64,000 nt of DNA from an uncultured Verrucomicrobiae bacterium (GTDB lineage Bacteria; Verrucomicrobiota; Verrucomicrobiia; Limisphaerales; UBA11358), in the NCBI GenBank assembly GCA_963764175.1, contig CAVXRE010000015.1, positions 9,461 through 73,460 of the forward strand, given 5' to 3'. Position 1 is the first letter of the stretch. Each line of letters begins with the position of its first letter. Positions 56,274 to 64,000 of this stretch are shown here, one piece after another. Below the pieces are notes generated by a model. It saw only the letters and a program-made list of their open reading frames with translations. It was not told the DNA's origin and searched no databases. The position numbers and the translations under genes are program-made.

Positions 56274-56612
56274 AAGGATTGCGCGACTATTTACGGAGTG
56301 TCATGGACAATGTCAACCGATTATTTCGGCCGCCGATAATTTAACCGAAACAGGGTTGCGCCTGATTCAGGTTCCGATTTTTCTGCCAATTTTTCGTGCA
56401 AATGAAGCAACCGTTTTGAGTCCCGGCACGTCTTCCGGCCGGCCAAACGTTCTTTTTGGCTTTCGTTCGACGGATTTCTGCCAGGGTCGGGCAAGGAGAT
56501 GAATTGGCGCAGGCAATTTGTAGTCAAAAATCGGATTTGACTCAGCCGGGTGTTATTCCAAGAATGCGGAATGTATCCATGTAGTTCCTAAACGGAAACC
56601 AACACAAATCTT

Positions 56613-58046
56613 ATGTCACGAACATTGAACCGCTATGTCATTTTGCTCACACTCATCGCCACCCTGGGTGGTCTGCTTTTTGGTTACGATACGGCCGTTA
56701 TCTCGGGGGCGGTGGGAAGCCTGAAGGCATACTTTATTGACCCGAGGAATCTTCCCACCGACAGCGCCAATTCCCTGCTGGGATTTGTGGTTTCGAGCGC
56801 CTTGATTGGTTGCATCATTGGCGGGTTGATTGGTGGCTGGGTCAGCACCAACATCGGGCGCAAACGGGGGCTGATCATCGCCGCACTGCTTTTTCTGATA
56901 TCCGCAATGGGCGCGGCGGCGCCGGAATTCCTGTTTGCCCCCATTGGCCACGGTGGACCGGGCTATATGGCAAATTTCGTAGTTTATCGGATCCTCGGCG
57001 GCGTGGGTGTGGGGCTGGCCTCCATGCTTTCGCCGATGTATATCGCGGAAATCGCGCCGGCGAGAATCCGGGGCAATTTGGTGGCGTGGAACCAGTTTGC
57101 CATCATCTTCGGCATGTTGGTGGTGTATTTTGTCAACTTTGGAATCTCCAAAGTGGGCGGGAGCGACGCCTGGCTTAACAGCATCGGCTGGCGTTACATG
57201 TTCCTGTCCGGCGCCATTCCCTCGGTTGCCTTCCTGCTCCTGCTGTTCTTTGTGCCGGAGACCCCGCGTTACCTGATGTTGAAGGGCAATGAACCCGGCG
57301 CGCGCGCCGTGCTGGCCAAATTGACAACCGCGGAGGAAGGTGAACAGGAAATCACCGAAATCCGCGCTTCGCTGGCCGAGCATCATTCCGGCAAAATGCT
57401 TTCCTTCGGCGCAATGCTCATCTTCATCGGCATCATGCTTTCCGTCTTCCAACAGTTCGTCGGCATCAACGTCGTGCTCTATTACGCCCCGGAAATTTTC
57501 AAGAACGTCGGTTTTGACACCAATGCCTCGCTGTTCCAGACCATCATCGTCGGCGCGGTCAACCTCATCTTCACCGTGGTCGCCATCGTCACAGTCGACA
57601 AGCTGGGCCGCAAACCCCTCCAGATCATCGGCGCGCTGGTCATGGCGGTGGCCATGATCACCCTGGGCGCCGCTTTCGCGCTTCAGATCAAAGGAGTGAC
57701 GGCGCTGCTTTGCATGCTGCTTTACATCGCCGGGTTTGCCGTGTCCTGGGGACCGGTGGTCTGGGTGTTGTTGAGCGAAATCTTCCCCAACCAGATCCGT
57801 GGCAAGGCCATGGCGGTGGCGGTGGTCGCCCAGTGGGCTGCCAATTACCTGGTCAGTTGGACTTTCCCGATTCTCAACGAAAATGGTTATCTGGTGAATG
57901 CCTTCCACCATGGATTCGCCTACTGGATCTATGGCGTGATGAGCATCCTGGCGGCCCTGTTCATGTGGAAGCTGGTTCCGGAAACCAAGGGCCGAACCCT
58001 GGAACAGATGGAGGCGCTCTGGCTTACTCATGGCAAGAAGAATTGA
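56613..58046 (+). CDS. xylE: D-xylose:H+ symporter (MFS sugar porter)
   Basis: ATLGGLLFGYDTAVISG, GLASMLSPMYIAE, FQQFVGINVVLYYAPE, SWGPVVWVLLSEIFPN.IRG, PETKG.TLE. Confidence 0.9.
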   Translation: MSRTLNRYVILLTLIATLGGLLFGYDTAVISGAVGSLKAYFIDPRNLPTDSANSLLGFVVSSALIGCIIGGLIGGWVSTNIGRKRGLIIAALLFLISAMGAAAPEFLFAPIGHGGPGYMANFVVYRILGGVGVGLASMLSPMYIAEIAPARIRGNLVAWNQFAIIFGMLVVYFVNFGISKVGGSDAWLNSIGWRYMFLSGAIPSVAFLLLLFFVPETPRYLMLKGNEPGARAVLAKLTTAEEGEQEITEIRASLAEHHSGKMLSFGAMLIFIGIMLSVFQQFVGINVVLYYAPEIFKNVGFDTNASLFQTIIVGAVNLIFTVVAIVTVDKLGRKPLQIIGALVMAVAMITLGAAFALQIKGVTALLCMLLYIAGFAVSWGPVVWVLLSEIFPNQIRGKAMAVAVVAQWAANYLVSWTFPILNENGYLVNAFHHGFAYWIYGVMSILAALFMWKLVPETKGRTLEQMEALWLTHGKKN

Positions 58047-58148
58047 AAATTGGTCGCACCGGTTTTGCCGGGTGGCTGGCGCATCGTCACCCGGGCCGGG
58101 CGCAGGAATTTCAAAATTTTTAACCGCCAACATTTGCTAATCACATTT

Positions 58149-60944
58149 ATGCATACAAAGCTCCTTTGTCTGTTCGCCGCCATTGCTGTCGCCGGTTCAT
58201 TGTCAGCCCAGGCGTTGCCGAACCCGCCGGAAAAAGTCGCGGACGGCATCATTGTTCCCGTCAATGACACTTTCCTGAAAGTGGAAGTTTATGGCGACAA
58301 CGTGGTGCGCATCGTTTGCGCGAAGGACCGCGCGTTCTTTTCCCGCAAAAGCGTGATCACGGAACCCAAGCTGGCCCTCAAAACAGACTGGTCGTTGAAG
58401 ACCGAAAATGACGAGGCCATCCTCTCCACCGCCAGGCTCCAGGTTCACGTGAATTTGACAACCGGCGCGGTTTCATTTTTCGATCCCACCGGCAAACGCA
58501 TTCTCGCCGAAACGCCCGATGGCCGGACAATCACCGCCGCCGAGGTGCAGGGCGAACAAACGTTCCACATGCGCCAGCAGTGGGAGCCGAACGCCGACGA
58601 ATCGCTTTACGGCCTCGGCCAGCGTCAAATCGGCATCATCGACATCAAGGGCTATGACCTGGATTTATGGCAGCACAACACACACGTCGTCGTGCCGTTC
58701 CTTGTGTCGAGCCGCGGTTACGGCGTGTTGTGGGACAATCTTTCCTTCACGCGCTTCGGTGACCTGCGCGAGTTTGAGCCGATCCCCGCCAGTTGCCTGG
58801 TTGACGCTTCAAACCAGCCTGGCGGTCTCACGGCCTGCACATTTTCAGCAGCCCAACCGGACCAGTCGGAAGATTTACATGCCACAGCCGATGTCTCCTT
58901 CATGTCCAAAGAACGCACGCATGTCTGGCATCGCTGGGAAGGCGAGATCGTCCCTCAATCGACCGGCGATTATCAATTGAAGACCTACTCAAACGGCCGC
59001 ATCAAAATGTGGCTGGACGGAAAAGTCGTCATTGAACACTGGCGGCAGGGCTGGCTGACGGAAAATGATCAGATCAAAATCCGGCTGGAGGCCAGTCACC
59101 ATTATGCCATCAAACTCGAATATGGCGGCGATGAAGCGACAACGATGCAATTGACCTGGAAGACGCCCGACCCGGACCGGAACACCTCCCTGTGGTCCGA
59201 GGTTGCCGGCGGCGAGGATTATTATTTCGTTTACGGTCCGGCTCTCGACCAGGTCGTCGCCGGTTTCCGTCAACTGACCGGCCAGGCTTCGCTGATGCCG
59301 GAGTGGGCGTTTGGCTTGTGGCAATCTCGCCAGCGTTACGAAACCAGCCAGCAAAGCCTCGATGTCGTCAAAGAATATCGCCACCGCGCCATTCCTTTCG
59401 ACAACATCGTGCAGGACTGGCAATACTGGCCGCGCAACGCCTGGGGTTCCCATCAGTTCGATACCAATCGCTTTCCAGATCCGGTCGGCTGGCTCAAGGA
59501 ATTGCACGCGCTCCATGCGCACGTCATGATTTCAGTGTGGGGCAAATTCTATTCCGGCACGGCCAATTTCGATGCGATGCAGAAGGCCGGCTTTCTCTAC
59601 CAGCCCAATCTCAACGAGGGAATCCACGACTGGATTGACTTTCCTTACACGTTTTATGACGCGTTCAATCCAGCCGCGCGCAAGCTGTTCTGGTCGCAAA
59701 TCAACACCGCCCTGTTCAGCAAGGGCATTGACGCCTGGTGGATGGACGCCAGCGAGCCGGACCTGACACCTTCGCCGCCGACGCTCGAAGGGCAGCGCAC
59801 ACACATGAATCCGACGGCCATGGGCACGGCGTCGCACGTGATGAATGGTTATCCGCTGATGAACAGCATGGCGATTTATACGGGACAACGCCAGGCTGCC
59901 CCCAACCAGCGCGTGTTCATTCTGACGCGTTCCGGTTTTGCCGGGACACAGCGTTATGCCGCCGCCACCTGGTCCGGCGACGTCTCTTCGACCTGGACCG
60001 CCTTGAGAAAACAGATTCCTGCCGGCCTGGGTTTCTGTCTTTCCGGCATCCCCTATTGGACCACGGACAGCGGCGGGTACACGATGGAATCCCGCTTCTC
60101 AGCAGAAAACCAGACACCGGAGGACGCGGAAGAATGGTGTGAGTTGAACGCGCGCTGGTTCGAGTTTGCCGCCTTCTGCCCGCTGACGCGGTTGCACGGC
60201 GAATTAAAACCGCGCGAGCCGTGGGCTTTTGGCGGCGACTCCGGCCCGGCTTATCAAACCATCGTCAAATTTGACAACCTGCGTTACCGGATGCTGCCTT
60301 ACATCTATTCGCTCGCCGGCGGGGCGACCCAGGACGGCGGCACGATAATGCGCCCGCTGGTCATGGATTTTCAAAATGACACGACGGCCCGTGAACTCAC
60401 CGACGAATACATGTTCGGCCCGGCGTTCCTCGTCGCACCGGTCACCACCTACCAGGCGCGCAGCCGCAATGTCTATCTGCCTTCAACTACCGGCGGCTGG
60501 TTTGATTTTTGGACGGGCGCGAGCGTCGCGGGTGGGCAAAGCATTGACGCTCCGGCGGCCTACGACTCGTTGCCGCTGTTCATCCGCGCGGGGTCCATCA
60601 TTCCCTTTGGCCCCGAACTTCAATACACCGGCGAGAAACCGGCTGATCCAATCACGCTTTATGTTTACACCGGCGCCAAGGGTGCGTTCACGCTTTACGA
60701 AGACGACGGCCTGACCTACAGCTATGAAAAAGGCGCCTTCGCCCGCATTCCAATGAACTGGGATGACACCTCAAAGACGTTGACCATCGGCAAACGCGTG
60801 GGCAAGTTCCACGGCATGTTGAAAAAGCGCACATTCAACATCGTGGTGGTGGCCAACGACAAGCCCGTGGGCTTTTCATTCACCCCGAAGGTGGATCAAA
60901 CCGTCGCCTATCGCGGCAAAGAGATGAAGGTCCAGTTCAAGTGA
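58149..60944 (+). CDS. GH31 alpha-xylosidase with PA14 insertion, secreted
   Basis: Signal peptide from ATG 58149; PA14-like insert (IKMWLDGKVVIEHW); IVQDWQYW; nucleophile WWMDASEP; WSGDV; LYEDDG..Y.YEKG. Confidence 0.9.
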   Translation: MHTKLLCLFAAIAVAGSLSAQALPNPPEKVADGIIVPVNDTFLKVEVYGDNVVRIVCAKDRAFFSRKSVITEPKLALKTDWSLKTENDEAILSTARLQVHVNLTTGAVSFFDPTGKRILAETPDGRTITAAEVQGEQTFHMRQQWEPNADESLYGLGQRQIGIIDIKGYDLDLWQHNTHVVVPFLVSSRGYGVLWDNLSFTRFGDLREFEPIPASCLVDASNQPGGLTACTFSAAQPDQSEDLHATADVSFMSKERTHVWHRWEGEIVPQSTGDYQLKTYSNGRIKMWLDGKVVIEHWRQGWLTENDQIKIRLEASHHYAIKLEYGGDEATTMQLTWKTPDPDRNTSLWSEVAGGEDYYFVYGPALDQVVAGFRQLTGQASLMPEWAFGLWQSRQRYETSQQSLDVVKEYRHRAIPFDNIVQDWQYWPRNAWGSHQFDTNRFPDPVGWLKELHALHAHVMISVWGKFYSGTANFDAMQKAGFLYQPNLNEGIHDWIDFPYTFYDAFNPAARKLFWSQINTALFSKGIDAWWMDASEPDLTPSPPTLEGQRTHMNPTAMGTASHVMNGYPLMNSMAIYTGQRQAAPNQRVFILTRSGFAGTQRYAAATWSGDVSSTWTALRKQIPAGLGFCLSGIPYWTTDSGGYTMESRFSAENQTPEDAEEWCELNARWFEFAAFCPLTRLHGELKPREPWAFGGDSGPAYQTIVKFDNLRYRMLPYIYSLAGGATQDGGTIMRPLVMDFQNDTTARELTDEYMFGPAFLVAPVTTYQARSRNVYLPSTTGGWFDFWTGASVAGGQSIDAPAAYDSLPLFIRAGSIIPFGPELQYTGEKPADPITLYVYTGAKGAFTLYEDDGLTYSYEKGAFARIPMNWDDTSKTLTIGKRVGKFHGMLKKRTFNIVVVANDKPVGFSFTPKVDQTVAYRGKEMKVQFK

Positions 60945-60978
60945 TTGTTTTACCCTGATTGAATTCACATTTTCAGGA

Positions 60979-63237
60979 ATGAGAAATATGAAATTCGTCG
61001 GCAGCAGCTTGTGTCGTTCGCCGATTGTTTTTGGCTTGGCACTGCTGGGACTGGGAACCGTGTTTCTGCGCGCCCAAGACAAGCCTGTCCCGCCGCCGGC
61101 ACAGCTCCTACCAGTCGCGGAACCAACACCGCCCTATCTCGACACCAATCAGCCCATTGAGACACGCGTCGAGGATCTGCTTGGACGCATGACGCTGGAG
61201 GAGAAGATCTCGCAGGTGCATGCCGATTCCAAATTCTCCACCGCCGCCATTCCGCGGCTGGGAGTCCCCCGCCGCTGGATTGACGACGGCCCGCATGGCG
61301 TGCGCGAAGACGTCGGCCCGTACAATTGGAGGTCCGCCGGGCACACGGACGATTTTGCCACCAGCATGCCGTCCTTGTGCGCCCTGGCTTCGACGTGGAA
61401 TCTCGACCTGGCAACTGCCTACGGAAACGTGATCGGCCAGGAATCCCGAAAACGCGACAAGGACATCATCCTCGCCCCGATCGTTGACATCGCCCGGACC
61501 CCGCTCAGCGGGCGGATTTACGAGTATTTCGGTGAAGACCCGTTCCTGAACTCGCGCATGGGGGTGAACTACATCGAAGGCGTGCAATCCAATGACGTCG
61601 CCGCGTGCGTGAAGCATTTTGCCGGCAACAACCAAGAGAACGGGCGGGGAATCATCAACATGAACATGGACGAACGCACCCTGCGCGAGATTTACCTGCC
61701 GCCGTTCGAGGCTGCCGTCAAGGAGGCCCGCGTCTGGGCTGTCATGGGCGCGTACACCAAATTCCGCGGCGAGCACTGCGCCTACAGCGATTATTTGATC
61801 AATAAAATCCTCAAGGGCGAATGGGGGTTTCAGGGTCTGGTCATGTCGGATTGGAGCGCCACCTACAGCACCCGTGAAGCCGTCTTCGGCGGGCTGGATC
61901 TGGAGATGGGCACGCTGATCACCGGAACTGAACGGGAGCGCCCGTATGAAGATTACTACCTGGCCAATCCGTTCATGGAAGGCATCCGCAACGGAGATTA
62001 TCCCGTGTCGCTCCTGGATGACAAGGTGCGGCGCAACTTGCGCGTCATGTTCGCCACGCATGTTTTCGACGCGCGCAAACCCGGCTCACTCAACACGCCG
62101 GAACACCAGGCCACCGCGCAGCGCATCGCCGAGGAATCCATGGTTCTCCTGAAGAACAACGACAACACGCTGCCGCTGGACGCCACCAAAATCAAATCGG
62201 TGGCGGTGATCGGTGAAAATGCCGTGCGCCACAACGCGGCGGGCTTTTTTGGCGCCGGTGTCAAGACCATGCATGAAATCACGCCTCTCGAGGGCATCGT
62301 GGAACTTGTCGGCAGCAACATGAACGTCACCTACTCGGTCGGTTACAGCAAACAAGGCACCGATTCCAACATGGTGGAACGCGCCGTGACGGCCGCGCAC
62401 CAGGCGGACGCCGCCATCATTGTCGCCGGCCTCAACCATTCCCGTTATCTGGACGACGAAGGTTGGGACCGGACCAACCTCACCTTGCCGTACGGCCAGG
62501 GCGATCTGATTCAAAAGGTCATCAGGGCCAACCCGAGGACGGTTGTTGTTTTGATTGGCGGACCCGCCATTGAAATGGACCCGTGGCTGGCGCGGGCACC
62601 GGCGGTGCTCCAAGCGTGGTATCCGGGAATGGAAGGCGGGCGAGCGCTCGCCCGCATCCTGTTCGGCAACGTGAACCCCTCGGGCAAGTTGACCGTAACG
62701 TATCCGAAACAGTTGATGGAATCGCCGGCGCACGCGCTGGGCACGTATCCCGGCACGAATGACACGCTGTTTTACAAGGAAGGCCTGCTGGTGGGCTATC
62801 GCTGGTTCGACACCGAGGACATCGAACCCGAATTTCCCTTTGGCTTCGGTTTGAGCTACACCACGTTTGAATATTCCAACCTGAAACTTCTTCCCGGTCA
62901 GAACACCAATGGACCAGTTGTAACCGCCCAATTTGATCTGGCCAACACCGGTCCGCGCGCCGGTGCGGAGGTGGCGGAACTTTACATTCACCAGGACAAC
63001 CCGGGCCTGACCCGGCCACTGAAAGAGCTGAAAGGTTTCAAAAAAGTATTTTTGAAACCGGGCGAAAAAAAGACCGTCTCCATCCCGCTCGACAAGCGCG
63101 CCTTTGCATTCTACGACCCATCACAGAACGGCTGGGTCTCCGAAGCTGGCGACTTTGAAATTCTTCTGGGAAGCTCCTCACGCGACATCCGGTTGCAGGA
63201 TACCTTCCATCTCGAACAAACCACGGTGGAGAAATAA
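60979..63237 (+). CDS. GH3 beta-glucosidase/xylosidase with Fn3-like domain, secreted
   Basis: DGPHGVR, GRIYEYFGEDP, CVKHFAGNNQE, nucleophile VMSDW, FPFGFGLSYTTF, KELKGFKKV. Confidence 0.93.
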   Translation: MRNMKFVGSSLCRSPIVFGLALLGLGTVFLRAQDKPVPPPAQLLPVAEPTPPYLDTNQPIETRVEDLLGRMTLEEKISQVHADSKFSTAAIPRLGVPRRWIDDGPHGVREDVGPYNWRSAGHTDDFATSMPSLCALASTWNLDLATAYGNVIGQESRKRDKDIILAPIVDIARTPLSGRIYEYFGEDPFLNSRMGVNYIEGVQSNDVAACVKHFAGNNQENGRGIINMNMDERTLREIYLPPFEAAVKEARVWAVMGAYTKFRGEHCAYSDYLINKILKGEWGFQGLVMSDWSATYSTREAVFGGLDLEMGTLITGTERERPYEDYYLANPFMEGIRNGDYPVSLLDDKVRRNLRVMFATHVFDARKPGSLNTPEHQATAQRIAEESMVLLKNNDNTLPLDATKIKSVAVIGENAVRHNAAGFFGAGVKTMHEITPLEGIVELVGSNMNVTYSVGYSKQGTDSNMVERAVTAAHQADAAIIVAGLNHSRYLDDEGWDRTNLTLPYGQGDLIQKVIRANPRTVVVLIGGPAIEMDPWLARAPAVLQAWYPGMEGGRALARILFGNVNPSGKLTVTYPKQLMESPAHALGTYPGTNDTLFYKEGLLVGYRWFDTEDIEPEFPFGFGLSYTTFEYSNLKLLPGQNTNGPVVTAQFDLANTGPRAGAEVAELYIHQDNPGLTRPLKELKGFKKVFLKPGEKKTVSIPLDKRAFAFYDPSQNGWVSEAGDFEILLGSSSRDIRLQDTFHLEQTTVEK

Positions 63238-63238
63238 A

Positions 63239-64000
63239 TCACTTCGCGTCCGGGAGGCAGGCCGCCAGGGCATAAACCAGCGCGGAATTCCAGTTGATGG
63301 CGATTTCGTTTGACCGGGCATCATTCTGAACGTCCTTCCAATCGGTTGCTTTTGTGCTGGGGCCGCCGACCAAATAACCGGGCCAGGGATCCACGATGTT
63401 GTCGGCGGCGGAGCGGCGATCATGCGGATGCATCGGCGGCCGGAAACCGACGCCGGTCACAAAAGAGCGGCAGTAATAATTGCGGCCAAAAAGGTAATCC
63501 AGCGCGTCCTGGCACGTGGCGCGGTACTCAGGTTTGCCGGAGACTCCGTTCGTGCAGGTCAAACGGTCGGCTGCCATCAGGACCATGGTCTGTCGCGCCA
63601 CAAAACCATTGAAGCCCCAGCCATAGCGCGAGCCAATCGGGCAGGCGTAGCCATGCGCGCGGGCGGTTTGCACCGTTTCATCCGCCACGGCCAGCAGGTT
63701 GCTCCGCACCAGCGCCACCAGCGCCGGATCGCGACCGGCCCGCTGGGACAACAAATACGTCATCAGCCCAAGATCCTTCACTTCATCCCAATCGAACTGG
63801 AAGTTGACCTGGCCATTGATCGCCCGGATGCGGGTTTCGAGGTCGCGCAAAACGTTGCGCGAACCGGTGGTTTCCCAAAGTTCCGCCGCCGCCCATAAAC
63901 GATTGTTGGGAATTCCGTTCAGACGATGGCTGGACTCGCCGGTCTCCCGGATTTCGTAAGTGCCGGTGTGCACGCCAGCCGGGTCAGCCCGGTGAAATTC
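63239..64000 (-). CDS. GH9 endoglucanase, C-terminal part (5' end outside the window)
   Basis: WAAAELWETTG, LDYLFGRN..SFVTGVG..HPHDR, D..NDARSNEIAINWNSALVY. Confidence 0.9.
   Translation of the reverse strand, partial: EFHRADPAGVHTGTYEIRETGESSHRLNGIPNNRLWAAAELWETTGSRNVLRDLETRIRAINGQVNFQFDWDEVKDLGLMTYLLSQRAGRDPALVALVRSNLLAVADETVQTARAHGYACPIGSRYGWGFNGFVARQTMVLMAADRLTCTNGVSGKPEYRATCQDALDYLFGRNYYCRSFVTGVGFRPPMHPHDRRSAADNIVDPWPGYLVGGPSTKATDWKDVQNDARSNEIAINWNSALVYALAACLPDAK

Noticed and set aside
56340-56460. LacI-type operators between the SSS gene and xylE (e.g. GCAACCGTTTTG)
   Set aside because: Palindromes are too weak and there is no LacI gene in the window.
54363-58133. Long antisense ORFs (658 aa on +, 505 aa on -)
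   Set aside because: Shadows of the SSS symporter and xylE.

Overview
GC-rich bacterial window, most likely Verrucomicrobiota (Pedosphaera-like). This is inferred from the DUF1501/DUF1549-1553/PPC trio, the lamin-tail/CotH giant protein and the Thr/Asn-rich secreted proteins. It has four blocks. (1) 1-19.1 kb: a tightly coupled minus-strand operon of exported proteins built around a hydrazine-synthase-like pair, namely an HzsA-like lipoprotein and a fused HzsB/HzsC-like tri-heme protein. The operon also encodes a chorismatase-like Rid protein, two orphan periplasmic binding proteins, a DUF3365 c-type cytochrome and a His-bearing membrane protein. Three FG-GAP/ASPIC-UnbV proteins, a LytS/LytTR two-component system and an alginate-export-type porin lie in or beside it. 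Matching 21-bp-spaced LytTR-type boxes sit upstream of both the operon and the porin. This is the best candidate for an undescribed system. (2) 19-32.3 kb: a protein made of 11.4 near-identical 44-aa repeats, and a decayed ~10 kb island integrated at tRNA-Arg(UCG) with a 17-bp att repeat. (3) 32.5-50 kb: a 2476-aa LTD/CotH protein, topB, and a mobile-element debris field (decayed IS66, a second copy of the IS3, several truncated genes). (4) 50.6-64 kb: sugar metabolism (pfkA, galK, SSS symporter, xylE, GH31, GH3, GH9), consistent with xyloglucan use. All family calls come from motif recognition by eye; no database search was run.
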